This document shows, one piece after another, positions 40,771 to 55,321 of a stretch of 64,000 nt of DNA (the stretch's first letter is position 1; each line of letters begins with the position of its first letter). The stretch covers positions 59,706,001-59,770,000 of the forward strand of contig OX597823.1 in NCBI GenBank assembly GCA_951406725.2, read 5' to 3'. Under the pieces are notes generated by a model. It was given only the letters and a program-made list of their open reading frames with translations. It was not told the DNA's origin and made no database searches. The position numbers were made by a program, and so were the translations under genes. The DNA is from Octopus vulgaris. Taxonomy: Eukaryota.

Positions 40771-41083
40771 ATTTTAAGCAAAGTATTAATAGCAGGCTGT
40801 GTGGTAAGTCGTTTATTTCCCAACCACATAGTATCAGGTTCAGTCCCACTGCATAGCATTTTGAGCAAGTTCTTCTGCTCTTAAATTTTACTACATCTCC
40901 TCTGCTTTTCTTTTTCTCCATACCTATTGTTTGTATTAACTATACACAGGCACGTTATCCAGTTCTTATTTCATACATTCTTAAATATCATGCATTATGT
41001 ACTAAGGATCTGCAAATGTCAAAGTAGAAATTAGCCATTTTACACCAGTGTCACTTTGATAGAATGCACTGCTCTCTCACTAA

Positions 41084-41129
<46 letters not shown>

Positions 41130-41354
41130 TAATAATAATAATAATAATAATAATAATAGAAGAGCATTGTCGATGTGAGAACTGTTGCTGCTCATGTATT
41201 TTAATTTAACTTAAAAAAAAAAAAAAAAAAAAATGAACGAACTATTGAGTTTGGTTTAATGGCCTAACAATGTATACTATGAGTTTCTTTGCCCTAGGAG
41301 TCGGGAAGACACTCAGCAAGAAATGGAAGCAAATTTGAAAGAAGAAAAAAAAAA

Positions 41355-41402
<48 letters not shown>

Positions 41403-41624
41403 GTTTCAAATTTTTCCACAAGGGCAGCAATTTTTGAGGAGGGGATAAACCGGTTACATTAACCCTATATTATCCTCTTTTCTATATTATCCTTTATGTT
41501 CATTTTGTTTTGATACTCAGAATTGATTCAAGGGAGACTTGGCTGCTTTTTCTAGCTGGTTGAAAAACCATATAACAGGTTTTCTTGTCATTGCCTCATC
41601 ATTGCACTAGTTTATCGGGAAAAG

Positions 41625-41655
<31 letters not shown>

Positions 41656-42632
41656 TATTGAATTGATAAAAGTATATTGCTGGTACTTACTTATCTCATC
41701 AATCCTGATTGAATGAAATATTTCAAATTTTAAATCACTACATTTACTATTCCTACAAACAATTGGAAGTAGAAGAATGCAGCAAAATACGAAGTGAAAT
41801 GCAACATTAAATATTCTTTAAGATTTATTCAATAATAATAATCATTGCCCATCTGTCTCCGCATAAAGATGGTAAAATACGTAAATAAATATCAAAATAA
41901 AAAAAAAAGAATGTATTGGTGGATATTCTTTTATGAGGAGGAATTTATTCTTCTCTTTGGAGAAATATTCTTTTCAATGTTCAAAACTCAATATCTCGTC
42001 ATTTGTGAAATGGGCTCATATATCAGCCAATATTTCATGTTCGAATTTAATGCTTGCATTTGTAATTTGAAATTTTTCATTTTAACAATTTCTTCACCAC
42101 CCCCAATCTTCATGCCAAAATCTGCTGCAATAAACACAAGATTTCAGTGGGAAGTGAATGCAGACATTTATGATAGTTTAACGAGAGCTGTTTGTGGAAT
42201 GGATGTGGAATGGATATGAAGGTGTTATGGGAGGGGGATTAAAATGTGTCCGTCGAATAACAACTGTTTCTCTACTCAATGGACAAATTTCCCATCAAGT
42301 TAGATGTTATGTTAAAGAAAACATTGAAAATATTTGTAAATGGTAATAAATGGAAATGTCTACATTTATTCCATAACGAGCATTCACTACCAGTTGTATA
42401 TTGTGAAAAGTATTCTTAGGAAATACATGTTGATGTATTGATGTATATATGTATGCATTGATCTAATGTACACATTGATATATATATGTAGGTATGTGCA
42501 TTTATATGTATGTGTATGCACATGTGCATGTGGAGACATGAAAAGAAAAAGAGAGGGAGAAAAACAAAGAGAGGAAGAGTTAGAGAAGGCGAGAGAGAAA
42601 TTTTAGTACAAATATTTGTATGTATATATATG

Positions 42633-42663
<31 letters not shown>

Positions 42664-42792
42664 GTAACAAGTGTGAGTATGGGATTATATATTGTCCCAC
42701 ACACATTCGCACATTGTGGGAGAATATATACATACATACATACATATATGTGTGTGTGTGTGAGTGTGTATGTATGTATGAATATATTGTAA

Positions 42793-42834
<42 letters not shown>

Positions 42835-44861
42835 ACGCAGTTTATGTAAACATATATCTGTGAATACAGAGATTTCTAAGTAGAAGTATTTTTATCTTTT
42901 ACCATTTTTCACTGTTTATGGTAGCATTATAATGTCTATTAATGTATTTTTATAGGAAATTGAACAACACCCTGACAAGCACATGTTTCCTTGGTGCTTT
43001 GACATAACAAACCAATATTTGCAGATCTGTGTAAGATTACACATCTTATAATGTATTTATTATACAGTACTGGTCAATAAAGAATTTTCAGCTAGTTTAA
43101 TATTAGTCTACTTTATGAGAATTGATGGCATTCTATTTGTGGACAATATTCAAGAGAGAGAATTATAAAGCTGTAGATTTTATACAAAAGTGTTATAGGC
43201 TAGAAGGTAATAGGTTTTGTCATGAGTGGAACTGTTTCTTGTTTTTAGGTGAAAATTTCAGGCAAATATATTAGTAATAAAACTAAAATGCCATTTTTCT
43301 TTTCATATTTAAAGATATTTTCAAATGTAAAGAAAAGAAAAGAAAAAAATATTTACATTTATTTTTCCTGTTTTTAACTGGATTAGAATTTAAATAAGTT
43401 TTGATATATTTGAACAGAAGAACTAAGATACTTTTTAAGACTGATTCACAAATCATATTTTGAGTATTAAATAAATCCTACTTTGAGTATTTAGTAAATC
43501 ATATTTTGAGTATTATGTATGTATTCATGTTTATAAAATCTAAATATTTGTTTTGTTTTTGCTTTTGTTTTTTGCAAATATAATTTTATGATTACATAAA
43601 TATGCAGGTAAGTATATGACTTATAAAGCCGGAACACTACTTTTCTTTTACCTTTCAGTATATTTTCAAATTTATTTCATATTTTTGTGCTGATTCAGAA
43701 TTCAAAGTAAGATATATTTTAATGTTTTTTTTTTTGTTTCGCGCACGTGTGTGTGTGTGTGTGTGTGTGCGTATGTGTGTGCTTCCTTCCTTGACTTTTA
43801 CGTTGTTGAATAAGAAAGATAAGGTAATTTTATGATTGATTCCAAAATCATATTTTCATAATCGAGTAAACCATATCAGTGACATACGGACAGGTTAATA
43901 TGGTATCAGACATGAATGAATCAACTGCTAAGATTTTCAATGTAAAATTTTCAATTAGACTACCAGACAGTTTAGTGTAACCGGAGTGGTTGTCTTATTG
44001 AACTGACCTGTGATGGAAGGTGTTCCAACCATTTCCATCTCATCTTGTCTTTCATAATATATCTTAAACTAAATTATCCCAATGTATTTTCTGTTTAAGA
44101 ATGTAAGATACGATTTGAAAGAGACTTAGCAGTTATTCTAACAGGTCAAGTGATTGTGTAAAGGCTTTTTTATTGGTTCATTAATATTCAGCAGTTATTA
44201 TCCTGTTGCCAATCTCCAATGTAATACTGTGTCCTTGATCAAGAAACTTTATTTTCAATGATTATACCCTTTGGCTGTATGTGAACAGCGTTAGTTAATG
44301 TAAATGATTACAGCAAGCAGCTGCAAATGAAGTAATAGCACTGCAAAACTGATATCAGTTTGGCTGGATTGAAGTGAGCTTAATTCCTTTTTCAGGTCAT
44401 AACCAGAGAGGCTGTATACCTGCAGATCTACCATGACAATAGTTAATCACATAGTTAAATGCTGGAGATATTAGAATACTAAACTAGAAATGATTATGTG
44501 ATGAAATTAATACAATATTAGACAATATGTATTTAATTATTTTGGTAATTATGGGAGACAACTCAAGACATATTTATGCCTTCTTATGATTTCATCAACA
44601 AAGTAGAAATTTTACCATAATTGGCAAAGTGCTGATAGGAGAATCACTAAATGTACATGAATGTATACTGGTTGATATCAGAGTCAGCTCAAAGGTACTG
44701 GCAACTAAGTTGAGCATCATTGGCTTGGGGATTCTTCGTCTTGAGTTTGGTATCTTTGAAATAAATGTAAAAGAGGAGAATAATAAATAAAATGATCTCT
44801 TTATTCTTGTATTTAATAAATTACAATAAATACTTTATTTCTACCTTTACAGGTTATATTT

Positions 44862-45039
44862 CTGGAGCACTGCTTTTAGTCGAGCAAATCAACACCAGGA
44901 CTTATTCTTTTGGAAGCCTAGTACTTATTCTATCGGCCTCTTTCTGCTGAACCACTAAGTTACGGGGGACATAAACACACCACCATTGGTTGTCAAGCGA
45001 TGTTGGGGGACAAACACAGATACACAAACATATACACAC

Positions 45040-45080
<41 letters not shown>

Positions 45081-45085
45081 CATAT

Positions 45086-45123
<38 letters not shown>

Positions 45124-45293
45124 ATACACATATACGACAGGCTTCTTTCAGTTTCCATCTACCAAATCAACTCATAATGCTTTGGTCAGCCCATGGCTAT
45201 AATAGAAGACACTTGCCCAAGGTGCCATGCAGTGGGAATGAACCCGGAACCATGTGGTTGGTAAGCAAGCTACTTACCACACAGCCACTCCTG
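44862..45293 (-). mobile_element. SINE family A, 3'-truncated, flanked by a long direct duplication
   Basis: Full head and body. The flanks 44742-44865 and 45311-45395 are duplicated. Confidence 0.9.
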
Positions 45294-46739
45294 CATCTAT
45301 CAAATAAAAATGAGTTTGATATCTTTGAAATAAAAGAGAAAAATAATAAATAAAATGATATACTTTATTTCTACCTTTACAGGTTTTATTTCTGGTGAAA
45401 ATTTTCCAAAAAATATATTTCTAATGGCATTAAAATTCAGCTTCCCTCAAGGAGCCAATAACTCTAGAGATGGTTCTACATGTACAGAGATATTGTGAAT
45501 GAGCTTCTGTTCAAGGAACATAAATCTATTTATCCTTGTTATGCCTATCGAATAAAAATTAATTCTCCTCCTAATTCACAGTAGTATGTTTAGAGGAAAT
45601 AGGGGCATCCAGCTCTAAAAACAAGCAGCTGTTCGAACAGAACTAATACCACCTCCCACTTCAACATTGAGAAATACATGTAAACAGAACAAAAAAGGTT
45701 AAATTTAAAACTTATTACTAAATCATATTTTTGGTATAAAATTTGCATTTGAATTTATTAAATATTTTTCAGACAAGTGATACAAGATATAGTCCATATT
45801 TTATGGCTAATAAGGTATAATATTTAACTCATATTTTACAACACAGATATAATTTTTCTGTTCATATATTTTTAAATTCAAATTAAAGATGCTGGATTTT
45901 TTTGTTTCTGTTTTTGTTTTTACTTGCTAAACTGACATTTATTAACTTAAGAAATTTAAATATTGACTTTAAGCATTTTTAGATGAAATTGACCATTGTC
46001 CACCTATAGATTTGTTTTTCTAAACTTTATATATATAATTTTTGAAAGGTTGGGGGAGCTTAATTAATTTTTCTTATCATATGCTTTTTGTCATTAATTC
46101 TTTTGTGCGTGATATTAAAATAAATTTGATTTAATTGTGTACTTTAGTTTCTATTTGGAAACCAAATAACATAATAAATATGTACCAGTTGATTAATTTA
46201 ATTACAGACAAGCAAATATAATTCATACATTCATATGTATATATGTGTATGTGTTTATATATATATGTATATATGTGTGGAGGGGTATAGGTACAGACAC
46301 ACACACACTCACATACACACATATATAGTCAAATGTGCATACACACACACATATATATATTAACACACAAATGTGTGTATATATCTATATGCATATCAGT
46401 ATATATATATACACACACATATAAACTATTGATTTTTGTAAGGTTGTTTATCAGAAACTTGTTTATCAATGCTGAATAAAGTTGGTGACAAGAACTGTTA
46501 TGATGTAAGTGACAAGCTCTTTGCAAGTTAATATACTGACATGGGCTCAAATTCCAAATGAAGTAATTGCGCCATGTTTACACTTTTAGTAATCCTTTGG
46601 CAGTCTTGAGCATTATACACCTCCCTCCACAAAATATATAGGATCCTTTGTGTCTGTTTGTAAATTATCTTACTTCTAAATAAATTTATTTTCCTCTGCA
46701 AATATAAAAACATACATATTTCATTACTCTTTACTCTTT

Positions 46740-47146
46740 TATTTGTTTCAGTCACGTGACTATGGCCATGCTGGAGCACCACCTTTTAGTCGAGCAAATC
46801 GACCTCAGGTATTATTCTTCGTAAGCCTAGTACTTATTCTATCGGTCTTTTTTGCCGAACCGCTAAGTTACAGGGACATAAACACACCAGCATCGGTTGT
46901 CAAGCGATGTTGGGGGGGGGACAAACACAGACACACAAACATATACACATACACACACACATATATATATATATACATATATACGACGGGCTTATTTCAG
47001 TTTTCGTCTACCAAATCCACTCACAAGGTTTTGGTCGACCTGAGGCTATAGTAGAAGACACTTTCCCAAGGTGCCACGCAGTGGGACTGAACCTGGAACT
47101 ATGTGGTTGGTAAGCAATCTACTTACCACACAGCCATTCCTACGCC
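46740..47146 (-). mobile_element. SINE family A, full length
   Basis: Head, microsatellite and 3' body with an (AAAGAGT)-type tail are all present. Confidence 0.92.
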
Positions 47147-47389
47147 TATCATTCATGATTTTTATTCCATAACTCCTTCTGCATGTATGTTTCAGACTTT
47201 TATTGTTGAAGCAAAATAAGACAGAAATGCATCTGAACTTGTCCCCCATATCTTTTAAGAAAGAAAAAATTATATTAGTTCTTAAATTATATAGGTATTA
47301 TCTAACTATCTCATTCTTAATCTGATCCTAAGTTAAGTTCACTCAGTTTGAAGAATCTATCTTGTTATTCATTTCTGCGACATTCTAAT

Positions 47390-48470
47390 CACACATCCAT
47401 TGTACTGGATCTGTGCTCTCTAACTGTGGAGAAGCACCAGCTCGATCTGGAGAAACCTGTTAATCTTCGAGTTATGCTCTCTGCCAAATAACGTTCTTCT
47501 AGAGATCCTTCAAAGGAACCCCATTTTAGCTGCTTGTATTTGCAGTCATACTCTTTCAGTCATCTCCCAATATTCATGGACATAGGTGAGGATAGGCACA
47601 AAAAATCGAACTGAAGATAGCAAGTTTGTCTTTTTTACCAACCTCTCTTCTTTTGAGGATCGAAAGCTGGAACTGGTGTACTATACGGCCTGTACCAAGA
47701 ATTCTAGCATCTAAATCAACATCCTGGCTTCCATCATTCGTAAATACAGCTATGAAATATTTTTCCACTTGTCTCAGTGATGTTCTACTACCAAAAGAGT
47801 GCAATGAGAAGACTTTCTTGAGAAGACCAAAGTCTCAGGCTTTGCAGCACTAATTTGCATTCTTAGTTTGCAGAACTCTGCAATGAATCCATTCAGTTTT
47901 ACACTGGAGATCACCTTCTGATGAATCAAGTAACACTATGTCATATGCAAATATCATCCAACCGATTCTGCACTTACTGATTGTGATAACCACTTCCATA
48001 GTGACTGTGCATATCAATCCATTTCATAAAGTCATGAAACAAAATTATGAAATAGTTTCTGTTGCAACTATTCGTGCCTTATGTGTCGCCTGTGCAAAAG
48101 AGGAGGCTTGTTTTCGTACCAAGCTTTGTAAGCCTCCTTCTTTGTTCGAATGACATCTTAAACTTCCTGGTTAACCAGGGGTTTCTCTTACCGCCTGATG
48201 CCACACTGAGCTGCTTTCAACCAAAGTATTATACAGCTGAAGAAAAGACTGTCAAACAAAATAATGTGCACCCTGCTTTGATATCCTCAATTCGGTCAGG
48301 AAGGCATCTGAATTTGGATGCAATAGTGCTTTCATATTTGTTACTGATACCATAATCAGGGCTTTCTCTTTTATCCTATAATCCTCACTGGACTCAACAG
48401 TTTTCTGGGATTTCCCCAGGTAAATAGCTTTAGGTTGCAGACAACTAGCTCAGAATCAAAAAGGTTAGAA
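47390..48470 (-). mobile_element. Decayed RTE (Expander/Rex3-like) LINE, internally deleted
   Basis: The minus strand gives IFAYD (~47939-47953, cf. LFADD) and LRQVEKYFIAVFTNDGSQDVDLDARI...KRREVGKKDKLAIFSSIF, plus an upstream linker remnant GGKRNPW. Confidence 0.75.
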
Positions 48471-48514
48471 ATGATAACAAAATCTATCAGTGAGCTTTGT
48501 CCCGAAATATCTCT

Positions 48515-48932
48515 AAGAGCACCATCTGAGCATGATCATTGCCAGAGCAGCTAACTGGCTTCCGTGCCGGTGGCACGTAAAAAGCACCATTCAAGAGTGA
48601 TCATTACCAGCGTCGCCTTACTGATAGTTGTGCCGGTGGCACGTGAAAAAACATCCAAGCATAATCGTTACCAATGCCGCTAGACTGGCTCCTGTGCAGG
48701 TGGCATGTAAAAAACACCATTTGAGCATGGCCGTTGCTAGTACCGCCTGACTGGCCCTCGTGCCGGTGGCACGTAAAAGCACCCACTACACTCTTAGAGT
48801 GGTTGGCATTTGGAAGGGCATCCAGCTGTAGAAACTCTGCCAGATCAGATTGGAGCCTGGTGCAGCCATCTGGTTCACCAGTCCTCAGTCAAATCGTCCA
48901 ACCCATGCTAGTATAGAAAGCGGACGTTAAAC

Positions 48933-48992
<60 letters not shown>
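48515..48992 (+). mobile_element. RTE 3' UTR with four GTGCCGGTGGCAC units and (GAT)n tail
   Basis: Same repeat core and terminus as 15834-16495, but with different inter-core sequences. Confidence 0.88.
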
Positions 48993-48993
<1 letters not shown>

Positions 48994-49854
48994 CATCAGA
49001 TATGAACTCAAGACCTACTGAGCTTGTAGTCTCGTAATCTCATAGATTCATTAACTTCACATCTGGTCAGTAATAAATCTGACTTACAACTCAAAGGCTA
49101 AAGCTTTATCTATGCTTGTCACTCGATCTGCTATAAATATCAATCAAATCTCTCTCTAGTGTCTTTAGAAAACTAAAGACCACTTCAGACGAAATTGTTT
49201 CTGATCTATTGAAAAAGACAAAATGATCGTAGATGGAACGTTTCTAAATACAAGTCTTCTCAATTAAGGACAACCAGCCTGAGATTAGAATACAATTAGA
49301 AAATAAAGAAGAAATAAATTAGGTTAAGAAAAATAAATATATCCTTTGTACCCTACCACTTTGATATAGTGGTTAAATTTTCAAACCTTATACATTTATT
49401 AAATTATATTTGTTTAGGGATTTAAACAAAGGTGTATAACAGTTGATATGATAAAAAAAATTTCTGTGCTTTAGCTTACATATATAGTTATATATATATA
49501 TATATAGTAACACAGGAAACAGGTACTCCCAAACTGATATACTAATTTATTATTATCTAATTAAATTGGAATGATAAACGTCTCACATGACTTTTTTTTT
49601 TGTTTTCCTTTTTCACTGCAAATTTTATATGCGAGTTTTCTTTTATAAAATCATTTGAAGATAATTTTTGTTAACTTAAAATAATTGCTTTTTATGTTTG
49701 AATTATATAGACTAAAATAATATATTCTAATGCCATTAAAAGATAAAATGAAATAAAGAAAGAAGTAAAAATAAAAAGGAACACAGAGAACATAAAATAA
49801 TGTTTAATAAAATTAAAATAAATAATAAAACTGTAACTTCAAATGCTATTGTCC

Positions 49855-49904
<50 letters not shown>

Positions 49905-51859
49905 GTGTGTGTGTATATATGTATATGTGTATATATATATTTATATACACACACACGTATATATATATATATATGCATACATATACACACACACACACAC
50001 ACTCATATATATATATATATATATATATGCATACATATATATATATACATACATATACACACAAATATATATACAAATTAATATCATATAATATATATAG
50101 ACATATGTGATATTAAATATAAGATATACACACATATTTTACGCACACATACATATATGTATGTATGTTTGTATGTATGTACGTATGTCAAATAGAGTGT
50201 AAATTTACCAAGAAGCTAAAGATGGAAATTAAATATAAATTTTTCAACAATAACAAAAATAGTTTATGTTGTCGGACTTTGATTTTAAGTCAAATATGGC
50301 TTGAATATCATTTGATTTAAAATGCTGACAATTCGCACAATTCGTAAACACATTAACACACAAATGCACACGGATACATTCATATACATAGACACTGATA
50401 CATAAAAAAATACGCGCATCTCTATTTGCATTTACATGAAATATAAATATATACATGATATGTATCTTTATTAAATGTTTGTATGTATCTTCATATATGT
50501 GTTGATGTAAAATATGCATAGATAGATAGATGCAAAGCTACGTGAAAATTTATAGGTGCACACTTGATAAAAATTTGCATTCATAAGTTATATTGATTTC
50601 CTGCCTTGTTCTTAATAGAGTTTATTTATTTATTTCTATTTTTATATATTTCTTTTAAAATTTTTCGTTTTTTTTCTTCAAATTTTAGTTTTACTTATTT
50701 AATTTAATTCTTCACAAAATTAGATATCTTTTTAATCTAACAAATATTAGAATGCATTTTTAACAAAAAATTATCTTTTCTTATTAATATCAAGACACAA
50801 ATATCCATTCTAAAGACCTAGATCTTTTATGAAATTATATGCATACATACAACATGACTATGTTCAAGCAGTGTATTATACATGCATATATATATATACA
50901 TACAGGAAAACGTACATACATATGTATATATATATGTACATGTACGTATGTATCCATACATCCATATATCAACGTCTAGTTAAATGTATATACATATAAA
51001 CCGAAGCAAACATATATCTATGTGTGAGTGAGTGTGTGTGTGGTTATAGTTATCTATCTCCCTACACACACACAGACACACATATATATATGTATATAAT
51101 ATATATGCATACATGTATATCTATATCTGTCTATATGTATGTAAATGTTCATATATATATATATATGTATAGGCAAAAGTACATATTTACATATATGTAA
51201 ACATATAGGTTACTCTATAGGTAAACATGAATTCAGGCTAACAAGCATACAAAAATATATACCAACATACATACATGCATTACATACATATAAGTATACA
51301 TCTATACTCAGAACACGTGGTGAGAAAAATAAAGAAGGAATAAGACACCTTTAGTCTGTTGAAAACATATCTATTATCTCTGTTTTGGCTGGAGAAATAG
51401 GGTGTATAGTAATCTATCAAGGTTAAAATAATGCAGAAGTTGTTTTGAAGAAAAAATACAGCTTCATAATTCATTCACTACAAATGAATCTAATATTTGG
51501 TTAAATAAGGATCTACAAGTCCTTAGCATTTAAAAAACAAATAACAGTACAAGACAGCTTTTGGAGAGGATGGTTGTCATTCCTTTGTAATGTTACCCTT
51601 GAATGTGTGACCACCTGAAATAAACATTCAAACAACAATCAAGAAGAGAAAACATGTTTATATTGTATTATATACAATATATACATATATGCATATATAT
51701 ATGTCTGTATGTTTGCAAGTACGTGTGTGTGTGTGCGCGTGTATTCTCACACACTGGTAAGTGTACAAATGAAAGAGAGTGGCACTCACTCAACACATTT
51801 GACAAGAGTTACATATATTATTCAATAACTGTTTTTTATCTGTGCAATTAAAGTTTCGA

Positions 51860-52560
51860 AGTCTTACAAAACAAACCTAACTCATCAAGCACGTAGAGAT
51901 GAATTTGGCTCTCTGCAGTCTTCAAGCTTTTGTAGAGGATTAGTCCTTACCAATCCCAATAAACGCAGTTAATTGTTTTGTGCAGATGCAGCTTTGGGCC
52001 TCTAACATTCTTTGCTCTTTTTTATATTGATGAAAAGACACCATTTTTTATTACCGGTGCTGATGCAGTAAAAACTTTCTACCTGTTACCATGAGTTATC
52101 TGCTATTAAATCAACAAATGAATGGTGATAGAGGAGCTGGAGTTTCCCACTTTCGCTTGGAGCGCGTGGCACCCATGCACTAAATTTTTGAGAGAAGGTG
52201 ATGGGTGATGGTATCATGAGAGCATCTCATTTGCTGGCCCAATTCTTTAGTGGAATGACGTGGATTGTCGTGGATGACCTCATTCGATTACTCCTCATTC
52301 AACTGAGCAGGCTCGCCAAAGCACGAAGTCTGTGAGGTCGAATTATCCCGCTTTGAATCATGAAAGTTATTTCTTTCCGGTTCTTCTAGTAATAGCGCTT
52401 CTCCATACACAGCACAAATATTTTAAGCAGCTTGGACAGCTTTGGAATCTTGACTGAAAGTGAAGAGAAGCAGGTGTTGAAAATGCTCATTTTTTAAACT
52501 TCTTCTTGGCATTCTATCGTTATTCATCTGAAAAGAGATAATATGTATTCAAATTTCAAA
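51860..52560 (-). mobile_element. Mariner transposase remnant (5' half)
   Basis: The minus strand gives KNEHFQHLLLFTF...NICAVYGE, IHDNPRHSTKEL, SAWVPRA (cf. WVPHEL) and ISTGNKKWCLFIN (cf. VTGDEKWxLYxN). Confidence 0.8.
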
Positions 52561-55079
52561 AACGACAAACAATAGTCGTGAAGGAAGAAAAGCACTACAG
52601 AAAGAACAAAAACAAAAACAAAAAAACACAGAAGAAAAATCACAAAATATTACGATAAAAATATTTTTCATATTAATTCAAATAATATTGGAAAGAAATG
52701 AAAAAAATTACCTGACAACTCATATATATGATAATAGAATATGAACGAAGTTGCCCAAATTATTCTACGTACGTTTCCATAGCATTGTTGTTTATTTACT
52801 TATTAGTTTATTATGCGTGTGTGTGTTTTATGGACCCATGTATTGAAATCCACGTGATGGTTGTAAACGAGTAGCACTGTCATCCAAATGATATCTTACA
52901 TTTCCAGTTTTCCATGACAAACATGCCTGTCCATAGAATGTATTACTTTGATTACAAATTATTGAGAATTGGCAATATAATGGGCAGCCAACCATAGAAA
53001 ATTTGCCTCAATAAATTCCGTATGACCGATGAGTAGACTTAAAACTATGATGTGCATACTATGTAGTTGTACGTATGTGACGATTTATGTTTGAGACTTG
53101 ATGCTTGTTGTATGTATGTTGTATGTATGTGTATATATAGTGGACATATCCTGGAAATGTTTGACGCTTGTTTCTTGTCTATAAAATCTCATAATGTTTG
53201 TTCTCAACGCCGTTGACAAAGAGAATGCCAAAATAGAGTATAAATATCCTTTAATTCAATCAGATGGAATCAAACTGATTAAAATGAGATGTTTCCCCAA
53301 GTGCTGCTCCAGTAGTTTTGTCAAGTGTCTCTGATGTTTAGAAAACATTGATATTTCATAATATTCCAAGACATTGTCTGGAGCAGAAACTATTTTAGGG
53401 AATTCCACCAGTACAATCTGAAGATCCCTTGCTTATACCTTGGTAAATACGTGTACATAGAGATTATATTGTACCAGAAGAAAAGTTATTACTTCTGGAG
53501 CAAGCCATATTAAACTGCAAACAGTATGGATACGGACCGACACATTATTGTGGTTTATTTAAGTATATATTGACAGCAACACACCTATCTGTTGACTTAG
53601 AATTAGCTACAGTAGCAGTATATCAGAGAAATTGTTAATGTGGAAAAGGCATAAGTCACTCGCTACATTGTAAAAAGCAAAAACGTTGTATCACTATGAA
53701 AATGAAAATGATTTCTTTTGATCGAAAAATGTTTCATGATAAAGATTTGAACCATCTGTTTATTGCATTAAATATTCTGTACTACTCCTACTACAATACA
53801 GAAGATTATACAAGATAAGGACTATTCTCAATACAGAGTGTTATAAAAAGTGAGAGAGACAATTGTTACAAGCGTTTTTCTATAGACAGCTTTTACATGC
53901 CATCGTGTTTTGTTAGAAAGCCTTTCAAAATTATATGAAATTCCAATGCATTACCAATTTTCTTGTCAGTTTTTTTTAAAAGTATTTTACTTCCCCACCC
54001 CGCCTCACAGTAATAGCTATTTGCATCACACAGCAACTCTTAAAAAAACTATAATTCACATACTTGAGAACACATTTTGTATAAATGAATCACTTAATGA
54101 ACATTGATATACAAACATTTGTGCAACGTATTTCTGCAAAAGTATTTATGTATTGTCCTATTTTATATAAAATACGAACTTCTGTTTTTATATAACACAT
54201 GAGATAATGTGAGTTTTTGATGTAATACATTAACAATTGTGTTATAATACTTAAATAATAATTATCTCACCATATAGATTGGCAGGTCTATATCATATTG
54301 TTGGGAAATCTAGAAATAACAATCGTTCAAATGCTAATAAAGTTACTGTATTTGTTGTCTTTTCTGTGCGACCATCCAACTTTGTTTTCAACATTTCTGT
54401 ACAATTTTGATATCCATTTATCATCAAGCATGTGAGGTTTACTCTATGTAAAGTACAACTAATTCACTATAGCTCCCAGTGGCATATCACAGGTTTTGGC
54501 CTCTGTCTATAGTAGAAATATTGGCTACACCTTGCCTTAAAACGTTGCATACTTTTCAATACAACAAACACTTATATACAAAGTGGTCACTCTGTGCAGT
54601 CTGCACACTGCATACCCCATACTACGCTAAAGCAATGTGTTCTTTTAGATTCACCTACGAAGCAGCGCCTGTATTTTAGATATAAATCATATACATTATA
54701 AACCATAAACATTTTCAAAACACCGTTAAATAACTTTACTTAGTAACTGTGTACTTCTTATTATATTTATCTGGTGCACTTAGAAATACATTCACGAGGT
54801 GGTCTTGTATAAACTCTCAATATACCATCTTTTGTAATTTCACACATGCCTTTGTATTTGTACATATTTCCTTCTTTGCATTCTTATTTTATTTGATTTC
54901 ATTGTATTTCATTCACATTTTCTAAAATGGCTGATCGTGCATAAAAAAATGATACTATAACAGAATATATCCCTATCCCTTCTGTGCTGGTGTGAGAGTG
55001 TTAGTGACATTACATGTATATATGCGGGTGTACAAATGTATGAATGTGTGTGCGAGAGAGTTTATGTCCATGTATACAT

Positions 55080-55185
<106 letters not shown>

Positions 55186-55286
55186 GTTAATCTAAACACG
55201 AAAACACAAAAAGAAAACACAACAACGCGAGGACGTGGAACAAATATAGTATTATTGGACGCTCAGGAAGGAAGGGAAGAAGGAGG

Positions 55287-55321
55287 GCTTAACGTTTCGA
55301 GCGGAGCTCTTCGTCAGGAAC
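55287..55321 (-). ncRNA. Minimal hammerhead relic in a Penelope-type terminal repeat (~55187-55389)
   Basis: The minus strand reads GTTC-CTGACGA-A-GAGC-TCC-GCTC-GAAA-CG-TT-AAGC. Stem II is perfect, stem III is the palindromic AACGTT, and stem I is weakened. Confidence 0.6.

Noticed and set aside
43605-43615. Perfect splice donor CAG|GTAAGT
   Set aside because: No plausible upstream acceptor or coding exon. Such a site is expected by chance in 64 kb.
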